Origin: Candidatus Nomurabacteria bacterium
Lineage (GTDB): Bacteria > Patescibacteriota > Minisyncoccia > Phycocordibacterales > UBA9973
Direction: 5' to 3'
NCBI GenBank assembly: GCA_029288805.1
Contig: JARIGO010000022.1
Span: 30,754 to 94,753 of the forward strand
DNA: 64,000 bases
Part shown: piece after piece, positions 30,241 through 40,737 of the stretch
How the letters are laid out: each line of letters starts with the position of its first letter
Numbering within the stretch: position 1 is the stretch's first letter
Translations under genes and position numbers: made by a program
The notes under the pieces: generated by a model
Databases searched by the model: none
Told to the model about the DNA's origin: nothing
The model's input: only the letters and a program-made list of their open reading frames with translations

Positions 30241-30621
30241 TTATGTCTTACTTTCCTTACGGCGACCACTTCCCATAGTGTTGCGAACGTTACCGCGAAC
30301 AGTACGAGAGTTTGTTTTTGTGCGCTGGCCGTTTACTGGTAATTTGCGCATGTGACGAACGCCACGGTATGCCTTGATATCTTTCAAGCGCTTGATGTTT
30401 GCTGAGATTTCACGCTTGAGGTTTCCTTCAATTGTGCGGTCTTCAATATTCTTACGAATAGTGTTTTCCTGGTCAACAGTAAGATCTGTTGGTTTTGTTT
30501 CTGGAGCTACACCAGCATCAGTAAGTACTTTCACTGCTGTTGCGCGACCAATACCATACAAAGTGGTAAGACCAATATCAAGTCGCTTTTCATTTGGAAT
30601 GTTTATACCTAAAATACGCAT
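30241..30621 (-). CDS. rpsM: 30S ribosomal protein S13
   Basis: LYGIG, YRGVRH and GQRTKTNSRT motifs. Confidence 0.97.
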   Translation of the reverse strand: MRILGINIPNEKRLDIGLTTLYGIGRATAVKVLTDAGVAPETKPTDLTVDQENTIRKNIEDRTIEGNLKREISANIKRLKDIKAYRGVRHMRKLPVNGQRTKTNSRTVRGNVRNTMGSGRRKESKT

Positions 30622-30634
30622 ATAGTACTAAATT

Positions 30635-30745
30635 TTATTGTTTCTGCTTGTGCTTAGGGTTGTCGCAGATCACCACTAAGTGCCGATTGCGCTTCACAAT
30701 CTTACACTTATCACACATTTTTTTAACTGTTGATTTGATCTTCAT
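30635..30745 (-). CDS. rpmJ: 50S ribosomal protein L36 (zinc-ribbon type)
   Basis: Not in the ORF track; [36 protein letters not shown]. Confidence 0.95.
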   Translation of the reverse strand: MKIKSTVKKMCDKCKIVKRNRHLVVICDNPKHKQKQ

Positions 30746-30795
30746 AAAATAAAAAATTGCAGCTCAATGAGTCAAGCGGGAGTAGTATATACTAT

Positions 30796-31017
30796 TTACC
30801 CTCTTCTGACAATACGTCCTTTTCCACCGTAGGGATCGAGCAAAACATCGACTGTATCGCCCACCAAAACCTTGATTCTGTGGAGTCGCATCTTCCCTGC
30901 GAGATAACAAACGAGAGTATCACCCGAATTATTTCCACCGACAAGTTCTACCCGAAACATAGTATTCGGAAGAGCTTCTTGGACGACACCTTTAACTGGT
31001 TCTTCTTGTGCTGACAT
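30796..31017 (-). CDS. infA: Translation initiation factor IF-1
   Basis: EALPNTMFRVEL, GKMR and GRIVRR motifs. Confidence 0.96.
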   Translation of the reverse strand: MSAQEEPVKGVVQEALPNTMFRVELVGGNNSGDTLVCYLAGKMRLHRIKVLVGDTVDVLLDPYGGKGRIVRRG

Positions 31018-31060
31018 TTGCAGATGACACTATACTAAATTTTCTTATACGGGTCAAGCA

Positions 31061-32347
31061 TTATTTCACTTCTACCGTTATGCGATCTGATTTATACGGG
31101 AAATACGGCGCCCAAAACGGAAATAATGAGTATTGTGCCGTGTCTATTTCTTGAATTCCGCTTAAGGCACCCATAAATGACCCGCGTGATATGCCCAAAA
31201 CGTCTTGTTTAACGGCATCAAGCGGTACGTTGGTAATGATGGTACCCGTTCCAGAAACATCAAGACTGATTGAGCTAGGAATGCCATTTGGATCTGTAGG
31301 CAACGCTGTCATTGGTGTCACATGAATGCCTCCAAGATCCGGAATGCTCACGTCGGGATAGACATGGTCACTGATAGCTTTTGCCGCTATTGCCTGCTCA
31401 AAACCGTCTCGAGGAACAAGGTATGACACCATAGTACCTTTCAAGGTAGCAGAAAACTGAATAGTATTTCCTTGCAAGACGGTGGCATTGTTATCGATGG
31501 CAGTAAACTGCAGACTTGGAAACGTTATAAGGTTGCTTGGAATCTGTGAACTGGTTTCTCGAGACAGTTTCTCTTCCAAGGCTGCCTGCAGTGTTGCCAA
31601 CGCTTGTTGTTTGTCAGCATCAGAAAGAGTATGCATTGCCCCGTTTTGTCCACCCGTGATGGCACCCGCAGAGCTAGCGTAAAAAGTTTTTGAATTAGCA
31701 CCTGTCCAACCGCTAATGGTAAATGTAGTGCCGTCGGAATTATACGCAGGGCCAACACCTGCGGCAGTGATGGCTACCGTTGCACTGCCGGCAGTTTTTT
31801 TGTTACCAGTTCCCGTGTACCCAGGAACACTGACCGTGGCAGTAGTCACATATTTCTCGCCATTGGCGCCAGTTAGCGTGGTGCCGCTGCGTACAGTCTG
31901 ACTCTTTGTGCTGTATTGATTGAAAATGACGGCCTGACCGGTAGCCTTTGTGGTACTAGTAGTCATGGCTGAACCAAAGACCTGACGCGTTACCGAGTCA
32001 GTTACTACCATAGTTTGGAATGACAGGCGGCCCGGATCTGCAATGTTTTGATTTTGCACGTCGACTTCGGTATCAAGCAGTGAGAATGGGATTTGGCGCT
32101 GAGTGACGATAACCTTGGCATGCACAAAAATCATGCCGCCAAGATAGAGCAAAACAATAAAAGCCAATGCTCCTCCTACGATAAAGATTTTCTTCCATCG
32201 AGAACGTGGAGACTCCTCTATATATGTCTTTTCTATAATGCGAGGACGGCGTGGTGGCTGAGCAGGCAATGTCGCCTCCTTGTCCAAGTCATGCTCGCCT
32301 TTGTCTTGGTGATCCTTGCGAATCACGTCATAGAGTTTCAATGCCAT
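31061..32347 (-). CDS. Single-TM exported beta-rich protein (baseplate-J-like domain suspected)
   Basis: TM helix near residues 54-75; ATG...IFN...G..Y.T...V.VPG...A...G..YN...GG pattern. Confidence 0.65.
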   Translation of the reverse strand: MALKLYDVIRKDHQDKGEHDLDKEATLPAQPPRRPRIIEKTYIEESPRSRWKKIFIVGGALAFIVLLYLGGMIFVHAKVIVTQRQIPFSLLDTEVDVQNQNIADPGRLSFQTMVVTDSVTRQVFGSAMTTSTTKATGQAVIFNQYSTKSQTVRSGTTLTGANGEKYVTTATVSVPGYTGTGNKKTAGSATVAITAAGVGPAYNSDGTTFTISGWTGANSKTFYASSAGAITGGQNGAMHTLSDADKQQALATLQAALEEKLSRETSSQIPSNLITFPSLQFTAIDNNATVLQGNTIQFSATLKGTMVSYLVPRDGFEQAIAAKAISDHVYPDVSIPDLGGIHVTPMTALPTDPNGIPSSISLDVSGTGTIITNVPLDAVKQDVLGISRGSFMGALSGIQEIDTAQYSLFPFWAPYFPYKSDRITVEVK

Positions 32348-32354
32348 ATCAGTA

Positions 32355-33512
32355 TTATATCAATCGTTCAATAAAAAGCGCGCCGAGTGCCAAGCCGGTA
32401 TCAGGTTGCTCCATGCTGATAACCTTTATAGAGGATGAAAGGTTAAGAATGTCCACAAAATGCACATCAATCTCTGAAACGGCTGCGCTATGCAGTAAGA
32501 ACGGATCGGTACTGATAGTTTGACTAAATACATTTTCAAAGCGATGGTCAGACACAACATAGCAATCCGAAGGAAATCGCACGCTGGTATTGCCTTGATC
32601 AACAAGCGCATGAAAACCTTTCTGCCAGGTAGCGGAAAAAGACTGTAATGCTTTTTCAATAACACGACCGTTATTTGGAGAAAGTTTCTTAAGGCGGTAT
32701 GCCTCCACCAATGTGCGGGCTTCCATAAGACTGCCAGTCACATTGCTCAATGTGCGATAGAGTTCATATGTACCAACTGGAAATGACTGTTGGGAAATAA
32801 CAGCACTGTTTTTTACAAATGCCACATCCGTCACTTCTTCACCAACATCAACGATGACGCAATCCTTGGCAATGCCGCCATTGTCACGAAGAGCCACGAA
32901 TGCAGCGTATGAGCCAGTGGTAACCTGTATCTTTCGATCACCATAGCTCCGGCGCAGGATACTGGTAAAGCGTTCTGCTACAACCTTTGGTATAAGCGTG
33001 ACATGGAGGACGATTTCAAGCGATTGCACTTTTTTGCCATACGGATCGGCAGTTTCATAGCCATTCAACAGCACATGCGAGAGTTGCTGTTCAGCCAACG
33101 CAAACGTATCTCCAAGCTTTTGATTGTCACCGTCAGGCTGTTTCAGCAAAAAGGCAATTTCCTTTTCAATAAGCGAGTCAACAAGACGCTGCGTGCATGA
33201 AAATGCCGTTGCTCTGTTGTATGTAATAGTGCGCGTGTAGGAGTTATACCACGGTGAACCCAATACTACCTGAATCATGGAAGGATGGTGCACATCCGCA
33301 GTGCGAACATGCTGTATGACGGTTTCCAATGTCTTGGCAGTGTCCTCAACAAAGCGCTCTATGGTTATTTCTTCCTCAAGACCGCTATCACGACGTTCTT
33401 GTACAAGGATAGTGACAGAATTTTTTCCATCGACGTGTTCAACCAATGCATGCGCACCACCAACACTACTCGAACTAATATCAAAGACAGCAACTGCAGT
33501 GCTTTTACTCAT
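32355..33512 (-). CDS. Divergent FtsA/PilM-like actin-fold protein
   Basis: VFDISSSSV and IVDVGEEVTDV phosphate-loop-like motifs; SFPVG. Confidence 0.7.
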   Translation of the reverse strand: MSKSTAVAVFDISSSSVGGAHALVEHVDGKNSVTILVQERRDSGLEEEITIERFVEDTAKTLETVIQHVRTADVHHPSMIQVVLGSPWYNSYTRTITYNRATAFSCTQRLVDSLIEKEIAFLLKQPDGDNQKLGDTFALAEQQLSHVLLNGYETADPYGKKVQSLEIVLHVTLIPKVVAERFTSILRRSYGDRKIQVTTGSYAAFVALRDNGGIAKDCVIVDVGEEVTDVAFVKNSAVISQQSFPVGTYELYRTLSNVTGSLMEARTLVEAYRLKKLSPNNGRVIEKALQSFSATWQKGFHALVDQGNTSVRFPSDCYVVSDHRFENVFSQTISTDPFLLHSAAVSEIDVHFVDILNLSSSIKVISMEQPDTGLALGALFIERLI

Positions 33513-33551
33513 GCGTACAGTATAGCAGTAAAAAATATTTTTTTGTTGTTA

Positions 33552-33588
33552 ATAAAAAATCAGGAGGTCCGACCTCCTGATTTTTTAT
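33552..33588. repeat. REP-like palindrome, copy 2 (probably the alaS terminator)
   Basis: ATAAAAAATCAGGAGGTC-C-GACCTCCTGATTTTTTAT, the reverse complement of the copy 1 core. Confidence 0.85.
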
Positions 33589-35324
33589 GAAAGTGTTGCC
33601 TTGATGCGGCGCACGCCGGCAGCGACGGCTTCTTCTTTTTGAATCTTGAATGTTCCAAGATCGCCAGTGTGCTCAACGTGAGGGCCACCACAAAACTCTT
33701 TTGACACCGCATTTCCCTCTTTGTCTTCGATAAAGTACACACTGACAGTATCAGGATACTTCGTACCAAATTCCATTTCGGCACCGATCTTTTCCGCTTC
33801 ATCACGAGGCATTTCACGACGACAAACCTGATGGTCGGCCTTGATCCATTCATTCACCTGATCTTCAACTGCTTTCTTTTCCTCATCAGTCATCTTGCGA
33901 TCAAAGTTAAAGTCGATACGCAAACGCTCTTCAGTAATGTTACTTCCCCGCTGGTGTACTTCTGGACCGAGCACTTTTTGCAATGCGGCGAGCAATAAAT
34001 GGTGTGCGGTATGAAGCTTCACGGTTATTTCGGACGTATTAGCCAACCCACCTTTGAATTTTTGCTCTGCACCTTTGCGTGACGCTTCCTGATGAGCCTT
34101 CATTTGTTCGTGAAAACCAGCCACGTCTATTTCTTGCTGTTTTTCCTGAGCAAGCTCAACGGTTAATTCAATTGGGAAACCGTATGTTGTCGCCAATGTG
34201 AACGCATCAGTACCTTTTTCAAATTCCTTTAATCCTGATTCAAGAGTTTTTTGAAACTTGTCCTCTTCGTCAGATATTACTTTTGAAATAACTAGAATAT
34301 CTAAATCAGAATAAACGTTTTTATAGAGATCAACATAGTCAGTAACGGTATTTGAGACAAAGCGCGTAGGAAGTTTTAAGTTTCTAGCCTGCATAACAGC
34401 CCGACGAATCAATCGACGCAACACGTACCCCTGATCTTTATTAGAAGGAGTAACACCGTCACCGATAAGAAACATTGCGCTACGAGCATGGTCAGCAACA
34501 ATACGAGCAGATCTTTCATTGTAATCAGTAGAAGCGAGCTTTATTGCGCTCATGAATGGTGCGAACAAATCTGTCTCAAACACATTGGACTTCCCTTGCA
34601 CCATCATCGTAATGCGCTCAAGGCCACTTCCTGTGTCCACGTTCTTTTGAGCAAGCTTGCCGATTACCACGCCATCCTTCTTTTCATACTGCATGAACAC
34701 ATCATTCCAAATTTCCACGAGATCTCCACGGTCATCCGCTTCGACGTACTGTTCATGAGACAGATCACCCAAGCCATGAGGCGTAACATCATAAAACATT
34801 TCAGTATCCGGACCACACGGACCATTGTCTCCAGGACTCCACCAGTTGTTTTTTGCTGGCAGGAAATAAATGCGATGCTCTGGAATATATTGTTTCCAAC
34901 TTTCCACCGCTTCCATATCGCGAGGAGCATTATCATCACCTTCGAAAACAGTAATATAGAGACGAGACGGATCAAGCCCAAGACCTTCTTCCTTTGAAGT
35001 GAGGAATTCAAAACTCCACTTGATGGCGTCTTCCTTAAAGTAATCACCGAGTGACCAGTTGCCGAGCATTTCAAAAAATGTCAGGTGACGCGAATCGCCC
35101 ACATCATCAATATCGCCTGTGCGAACACATTTCTGTGCTGAGACAAGACGATTGCCCTGCGGATGAGACTCGCCCATGAGATATGGTACGAGTGGCTGCA
35201 TACCAGCAGTATTAAAGAGTACTGATGGGTCGTTCTTTGGCACCAGCGATGCAGACGGCAAAATGGCATGCCCGCGCTTGGCAAAAAAGTCCAGGAATCG
35301 TTGTCGGATTTCGTTTGAGTTCAT
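33585..35324 (-). CDS. alaS: Alanyl-tRNA synthetase (no C-Ala domain)
   Basis: FNTAGMQP, FFEMLGN, DTGSGLER, HTAHHLL and EFCGGPH motifs; ends at GVRRIKA. Confidence 0.96.
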   Translation of the reverse strand: MNSNEIRQRFLDFFAKRGHAILPSASLVPKNDPSVLFNTAGMQPLVPYLMGESHPQGNRLVSAQKCVRTGDIDDVGDSRHLTFFEMLGNWSLGDYFKEDAIKWSFEFLTSKEEGLGLDPSRLYITVFEGDDNAPRDMEAVESWKQYIPEHRIYFLPAKNNWWSPGDNGPCGPDTEMFYDVTPHGLGDLSHEQYVEADDRGDLVEIWNDVFMQYEKKDGVVIGKLAQKNVDTGSGLERITMMVQGKSNVFETDLFAPFMSAIKLASTDYNERSARIVADHARSAMFLIGDGVTPSNKDQGYVLRRLIRRAVMQARNLKLPTRFVSNTVTDYVDLYKNVYSDLDILVISKVISDEEDKFQKTLESGLKEFEKGTDAFTLATTYGFPIELTVELAQEKQQEIDVAGFHEQMKAHQEASRKGAEQKFKGGLANTSEITVKLHTAHHLLLAALQKVLGPEVHQRGSNITEERLRIDFNFDRKMTDEEKKAVEDQVNEWIKADHQVCRREMPRDEAEKIGAEMEFGTKYPDTVSVYFIEDKEGNAVSKEFCGGPHVEHTGDLGTFKIQKEEAVAAGVRRIKATLS

Positions 35325-35359
35325 AATTAATACTTTATCAGAAAGACCACAAAAAGCCA

Positions 35360-37177
35360 TTAGGCACGCTTCTGAGTCTTAAGCCACGCCGCATACTTTT
35401 GGGACATATCTTCAAAACTTTTCTTGTTGTTTGCAATAACCTCCTTACCGCTGACAAGCGTGATATGAGCATCTAGGTTAATAGATTTCTTATAGTGAGG
35501 CTTTTTAGAAAGGGTTTCAATTCGTTCCTTTGCGGTTTTTAGAACAGAAGGAATGGAACGGGTTACATTTCTTATATAGGGCATAGCAGAAAGTTTTTTA
35601 CCAGTGGCAATTTTAACGAGTTCAGGAAAAGTTTTTGATGAACCATACTTCCAGACCTTTTTCATTTCCTTGGCTATGTGTGGATTGTCTACGATATATC
35701 CATACTTCTTAAAGAAGTATTCACGCCACTGCGAAAGCGCCAATTCCGCTAACGCATATCCCTGATATCCACACGCATTATCCCATGCATAAATATGAGG
35801 AACTCCCAGTACCCACAACGAATCAGCCGAGTAGTCGGAATACTTTTTCATTGCTTTCTTTGCAGCCGCAATAACCTTTTCTCCGGTAAGATTTTTTATT
35901 TCGTATACTTCTTTTTCAAAACCGCACACGCACATCAAACTCATCATGCCGAGCGGCTGTATAACGTGCAACGCCCTAACCCTCCGTTCAAAAAACGAAA
36001 ATGGGTATATTTCCCCTGCAGGATTTTTAGCATACCGAGATCTCCATTCTATGCTTGAGAAGACAGTATCGAGAAACATGCTTTGGGTTTCAGCCCACGC
36101 AGTTGAAGATGGTGGGTATTCATTATTAACACAAACATCTTTCATCTCCACGTTTAGCAAGTGAGCGGCATGTCCACCTTCATGAAAAAGCGTTTCAAGA
36201 CCCAAAGAAGATTGACCCGGTAAGCCGAGTACAACGTTGCATGTTAGCTGGGCCCTTCCAGGGATACGCTTCTTTCCCTCAAAGCGAATTGGTTCCGGCC
36301 AATGACAAAAGCCGTTGTCATATTTGCCCGCTCTGTCCAACAAATCAAACACCAACGCACTGCCTTGATATGTAATGCCAAGGGCAGCAAACGACTTACC
36401 CCATCGATCCAGGCTTTCTTCAAAAGGATAATATTGATCTTCCTCTTTCACAAAAGATCCAGCCATCATATAAGAAAAGTTCCACGGCTTGCGTAAGCCA
36501 GGCATGGTCTTTTCAAGCTTACGAATGTTTTCGAATCCATATTTTGTCTTTTCATAAATAGTGTCAAACAGCGTAAAGAGTTCCTTTTTGGTCATGCCTT
36601 CTTCAGTATCAAGCTTGAAAGCATAAAAATCCTCATAGCCCAATATCCTGGCATATTCATTACGCAACTGCACCAATGTTACATAGCGGTCTACACTTTC
36701 CAAGTTAAGCTTGGTCATGGCGTCAAAACACGCCTTGCGAACTGCTTCATCATCGGAGGTTCCTATTAATGACCTCATTGCATTTCTTGCTGCCTTTATA
36801 AATTTTCCAGTCTTGGGATCAATGTATCCTTCCTTGCGAGTAGCGTGCACCGTTTCAATTTTTGTTTCCAGTGCATTGATTTTTTCCTTAAGCGCACGAG
36901 CTTCTACGGGAACTTGGTATAGTGAAAAGAATCGCTGCCAGTATCCAAGTCGCTCTTTTGTTTCTCCGGTACTATGCTTGATATATTCATCAACTGCGTT
37001 TTTTAACATTTCATTAGCACGAAACTCATTGCGAGCTTTTGAGGCCAATTCTTTTTTGTCATTAACACTATGGTCACCCATAAAGCTGATCCAGAACAAG
37101 TCTTCAAATGTGGTGTGAATCTTTGAGTAAGTCGTATTGAGATAATGTAACAGCTCATCTGCGTTTTTCCATTTCAT
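35360..37177 (-). CDS. M3-family oligopeptidase
   Basis: TLFHEGGHAAH zinc motif followed by AETQSM. Confidence 0.85.
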   Translation of the reverse strand: MKWKNADELLHYLNTTYSKIHTTFEDLFWISFMGDHSVNDKKELASKARNEFRANEMLKNAVDEYIKHSTGETKERLGYWQRFFSLYQVPVEARALKEKINALETKIETVHATRKEGYIDPKTGKFIKAARNAMRSLIGTSDDEAVRKACFDAMTKLNLESVDRYVTLVQLRNEYARILGYEDFYAFKLDTEEGMTKKELFTLFDTIYEKTKYGFENIRKLEKTMPGLRKPWNFSYMMAGSFVKEEDQYYPFEESLDRWGKSFAALGITYQGSALVFDLLDRAGKYDNGFCHWPEPIRFEGKKRIPGRAQLTCNVVLGLPGQSSLGLETLFHEGGHAAHLLNVEMKDVCVNNEYPPSSTAWAETQSMFLDTVFSSIEWRSRYAKNPAGEIYPFSFFERRVRALHVIQPLGMMSLMCVCGFEKEVYEIKNLTGEKVIAAAKKAMKKYSDYSADSLWVLGVPHIYAWDNACGYQGYALAELALSQWREYFFKKYGYIVDNPHIAKEMKKVWKYGSSKTFPELVKIATGKKLSAMPYIRNVTRSIPSVLKTAKERIETLSKKPHYKKSINLDAHITLVSGKEVIANNKKSFEDMSQKYAAWLKTQKRA

Positions 37178-37257
37178 GCCGGTATTATAACACTACGATT
37201 CTGAAACAGAAAAAAGCGTGCCACTATGTGACACGCTTCGGTTATTTGTTTGGGATT

Positions 37258-37479
37258 TTAGTATCCGCCAAGGCCGCTTGAGATCGCGCACTGGGTGCTG
37301 CGAGGGTCGCCTCCGCGAGTTTCAACATGCGCGTTATAAGGTAATTGACCAGGGCTATAATAGACCCGCTCACGACATGAAGTGGTAGCGTATGGATCAC
37401 AAGAAGAATATACGACACAACTCGACAGGCATGGCACGATGATAGCTGCTATCATCGCCACCAGGATAATTTTTCTCAT
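37258..37479 (-). CDS. Small Cys-containing lipoprotein-like orphan
   Basis: Signal peptide with LSSC; promoter TTGACT-N17-TATAAT at 37506-37534; hairpin at 37210-37238. Confidence 0.6.
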   Translation of the reverse strand: MRKIILVAMIAAIIVPCLSSCVVYSSCDPYATTSCRERVYYSPGQLPYNAHVETRGGDPRSTQCAISSGLGGY

Positions 37480-37514
37480 CTATATGTTATTTTTAAACTG
37501 TCTATATTATAGCA

Positions 37515-38576
37515 CTAGTTTATTAAAAAGTCAATAACAGCACCGCCAATGACTTTTTCTCCTTTATACATAACGATAGACTGACCGAGCGGTATGGCTT
37601 CCGTAGTTTCCAATCTGACAGTCGCAGTATCAACAACCTGAAGTGGCAATAGTGACCCGTGATATCGGATCTGCGCCGTGTACTGCCTCCCCGCTTCTGC
37701 TTCGATAAACCAGTTAGTGTCTCGTAATGCGATAGTGACAACATCTCCGTGGGCTTCGGTATTCTTGGGAGACTGCGAAACCGTCAGAATGTTTTTTTCA
37801 ATATCCTTGGCAATAATATAGTACGGCGTTCGTTCAGTGCTTTTTTCCGTAATGCGAAAACCGTGACGCTCGCCCATGGTATAGAACCATACACCATCGT
37901 GCTCGCCTACTGTTTCTCCCTTTTCATTTACCACTATTCCCGGCTTCTCATCAATGTAATGCCGCAAGAAATCCTTCATATCAATATCACCAAGGAAACA
38001 AATGCCCTGACTGTCTTTTTTTGTAGCGGTAAACAACCCTGCCTTCTCCGCAATGACTCGAACGTCCTTTTTTTGTAAGTGACCTATGGGAAATTGAATA
38101 ACCGATAGTAATTCTTTTGCAATCATCCATAAGAAGTAGGATTGGTCTTTTGCAGGGTCAGCTGCCTTAAGAAGCGTGTCACCGTCGGTGACACGTGCAT
38201 AATGCCCCGTAGCAATACCATCAGCTCCATGAGTCCTGGCATAGTCCCACATGGCACCAAACTTAATGATCTTATTGCACAGCACGTCAGGGTTTGGCGT
38301 ACGACCAACTTTGTATTCGCTGATCATATAGTCAGCCACGCCTTGCTTGTATTCCTGCTCCGCATCCAAAAAATGAAACGGTATGTCCAGGACCGCGCAA
38401 ATGCGCATGGCATCGCGTTTTTCGTCCACCCACGTACATGGCACCCAGTCCGGCGCCCAGGTCTTCACGAAAATTCCATGCACGTCATATCCCTGTTCTT
38501 TCAGCAAAAAAGCCGCGACCGAGCTGTCCACTCCGCCTGATATGCCAACAAAGATTTTCTTGCCGTTCTTATTCAC
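37515..38576 (-). CDS. mnmA: tRNA 2-thiouridylase MnmA
   Basis: SGGVDS, TPNPDVLCN, ATGHY, KDQSYFL and DSQGICF motifs. Confidence 0.96.
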   Translation of the reverse strand: MNKNGKKIFVGISGGVDSSVAAFLLKEQGYDVHGIFVKTWAPDWVPCTWVDEKRDAMRICAVLDIPFHFLDAEQEYKQGVADYMISEYKVGRTPNPDVLCNKIIKFGAMWDYARTHGADGIATGHYARVTDGDTLLKAADPAKDQSYFLWMIAKELLSVIQFPIGHLQKKDVRVIAEKAGLFTATKKDSQGICFLGDIDMKDFLRHYIDEKPGIVVNEKGETVGEHDGVWFYTMGERHGFRITEKSTERTPYYIIAKDIEKNILTVSQSPKNTEAHGDVVTIALRDTNWFIEAEAGRQYTAQIRYHGSLLPLQVVDTATVRLETTEAIPLGQSIVMYKGEKVIGGAVIDFLIN

Positions 38577-38607
38577 AAGACGATACTACCATACGTTATT
38601 AAAAAAG

Positions 38608-39291
38608 TTATCGTCCTCTCCTTTTGAGCTTGGAAATGAACTTTGCATACAGAACGGCATCCTTATGAAGCGAGCGCTGGGATGCGAATAGCATTGAGAA
38701 TATTCCGAGAAAGGCAATAAGAATGGCAGACAGCTTATTAACAAGAACCATCTTCTCAGGATCCATGTCCTTCTTCAAAAATCCGATACCAATAGTCAGA
38801 ATAGACCACCAAATAACTGCGCCGATAAACATACCCAGGACAATGAATCGAGCCTGCGTAAACGTAGCATTGTTAACGACTCCTAATTCTTCAAAGATCA
38901 AAATAAATGTCAGGATGGTGGTAGGGTTTGTAATGTTTAACAGAAAGGTTGTTGCGTATGAAGAAATCAGTGATGCCCCTCGTTTTGGTTGAACTACTTT
39001 TGTTGTTTCCTGCGGAGTACTGAAAAAAATCTTGTAGGCTATATAGAGCAAGAACAGCCCTCCTATCAGACGGATGGCTGTCTCATACTTAATGAGAAAA
39101 AATGACAGTGCAGTAAAGCCAAAAGCCGACACAATCCCATAAAGGGTATCAGCGGTTGCAGCACCAAGTCCTGCCATAAATCCGGACAGCCTACCTTCCT
39201 GTAAGGTCTTGCGAATGCAGTACAAAGCTACCGGTCCAATGGGAGCAGCGATTGATATGCCGAGCACTACACCTTTTAAGAAGAAATTCAT
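38608..39291 (-). CDS. LysE/RhtB-family exporter
   Basis: SIAAPIGP, GLGAATAD and LNITNP motifs. Confidence 0.88.
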   Translation of the reverse strand: MNFFLKGVVLGISIAAPIGPVALYCIRKTLQEGRLSGFMAGLGAATADTLYGIVSAFGFTALSFFLIKYETAIRLIGGLFLLYIAYKIFFSTPQETTKVVQPKRGASLISSYATTFLLNITNPTTILTFILIFEELGVVNNATFTQARFIVLGMFIGAVIWWSILTIGIGFLKKDMDPEKMVLVNKLSAILIAFLGIFSMLFASQRSLHKDAVLYAKFISKLKRRGR

Positions 39292-39292
39292 G

Positions 39293-39835
39293 CTATTTCA
39301 AGTTCAACATTTTCTTGAACAGTTCGTACAGCGCATACGTATCAGCGAAGGCAGAGTGGGCTTTTTTGTTTTCGATACCGTAGTGTTCGGTCAGTGCCTT
39401 GAGAGAAAGCTTGTTCATCTCGTCATTATCTTTCATAACAGTAAACGCAATGCTGATGGTATCAAGCTTTTGGTAATGCATCTTGTTTTCAACACCAGTC
39501 TTCTTGAAAGCCTGGGTAATAAAGCCGTAATCAAATGCCATGTTATGCGCCACAAAGATAGCGCCTTCGGTTTTTTCCGCAAACAGTTTCATCGCGTCTC
39601 CGAGTGATACAGCAAAGAGCCAATCGGCTTCGTTGTATCCATTGACGCGCAATGCCGCAGGATCAGCGTCTTCTATATGTTCAGGGCGAATCTTGAGATC
39701 AAGTTGGTCAGTCACGACCAGTTCTCCGTCCTTGTACTTGGCAATGACAGCTGCCAATTCAATAATCTCCGCCACTTCAGGATCGAAGCCGGTAGTTTCT
39801 ACGTCTATAAATGCGAGGGGTTGTGGAAGAATCAT
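39293..39835 (-). CDS. DEDDh 3'-5' exonuclease (DnaQ-like)
   Basis: DVETTG, AHNMAFD and HSAFAD motifs. Confidence 0.9.
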   Translation of the reverse strand: MILPQPLAFIDVETTGFDPEVAEIIELAAVIAKYKDGELVVTDQLDLKIRPEHIEDADPAALRVNGYNEADWLFAVSLGDAMKLFAEKTEGAIFVAHNMAFDYGFITQAFKKTGVENKMHYQKLDTISIAFTVMKDNDEMNKLSLKALTEHYGIENKKAHSAFADTYALYELFKKMLNLK

Positions 39836-39836
39836 A

Positions 39837-40736
39837 TTATTTTAAAAACTTTTGAATGTTTTGTTCATGCTGACTAAAGGTAGACGCATAGTGTATGCCG
39901 CCAGATGAATCGTGTAAATAGTAGAGGTATGGCGAAGCAACCGGATTCAATGCCGCCGTGATAGCCGCAAGACCTGGATTGGAAATTGGAGCCGGAGGCA
40001 AGCCTGCCTTTTGGTACGTGATAGGAGCAGCATCCACCTGCAGACGAATGCCGTCATTGATACGCTTCCATAGAATGCCTGAGATAATGCCTCTGTCATT
40101 ATCTCCATGTGCTTCCTTTTCTATGATAGATGCCATGATGATAATCTGTTCTTCGCTATGGCCAGACTGAGCAATGGTAGAGCGCAATGGCGCCACTTTC
40201 CTTTCATATGTTTGCTGCATGGTTGCAATAACTTCCTGCGGCGTTGGCGTGGGGTAAAAGCCGTACGTATCAGGAAAGAGCTTGCCTTGATCGTCTTTTG
40301 TCAGCATGAGAAACGTTGCGGTATCAAATGAAGGAAAAACCTCCTTCAGGTGATCTGACATTTGTCCGGTGGTAAACCCTTCAGGAAATGTCACCTTTGT
40401 CCTATTAATGCCAAAATTCTTACCCGAGAATCGCAATGCGATATCAAGAGTCGACAACGGTTGGTCAAAGACATACTCACCTTCACTGATACGGGTATCG
40501 CCACCAAAGACATGCATAAAGATTTCAAACACGCGTGCGGAGTGAATGACACCGTCATGCTGCATTTCCACCGCAATATTAGGAACTGTTTCCCCTGACG
40601 TAACAACGATATGGTACGGCGCTGGAAATTTTGCCGGCGCTGAAATGAATGCCTTGTACATCGCTACTACGAAAACAACACCAAGAAATATTGTTAACAA
40701 TGCCTGCGTTACAAAACCACGTTGAAGGGACTGCAT
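39837..40736 (-). CDS. mltG: Endolytic transglycosylase MltG
   Basis: TFPEG, LFPDTY, ASIIEKE, LQVDA and GLPPAPISNPG motifs. Confidence 0.92.
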   Translation of the reverse strand: MQSLQRGFVTQALLTIFLGVVFVVAMYKAFISAPAKFPAPYHIVVTSGETVPNIAVEMQHDGVIHSARVFEIFMHVFGGDTRISEGEYVFDQPLSTLDIALRFSGKNFGINRTKVTFPEGFTTGQMSDHLKEVFPSFDTATFLMLTKDDQGKLFPDTYGFYPTPTPQEVIATMQQTYERKVAPLRSTIAQSGHSEEQIIIMASIIEKEAHGDNDRGIISGILWKRINDGIRLQVDAAPITYQKAGLPPAPISNPGLAAITAALNPVASPYLYYLHDSSGGIHYASTFSQHEQNIQKFLK

Positions 40737-40737
40737 A

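Noticed and set aside
31061-32347. Prophage implied by a baseplate-like domain
   Set aside because: There are no terminase, capsid, tail or integrase genes, and the protein is membrane-anchored among core genes.
6727-35324. Short AspRS, AlaRS and L13 as pseudogenes
   Set aside because: Catalytic motifs and reading frames are intact, and the domain losses fit genome streamlining.
14169-35360. T-box or riboswitch leaders on aminoacyl-tRNA synthetase genes
   Set aside because: Upstream regions are too short, starts look leaderless or coupled, and no T-box motif was seen.
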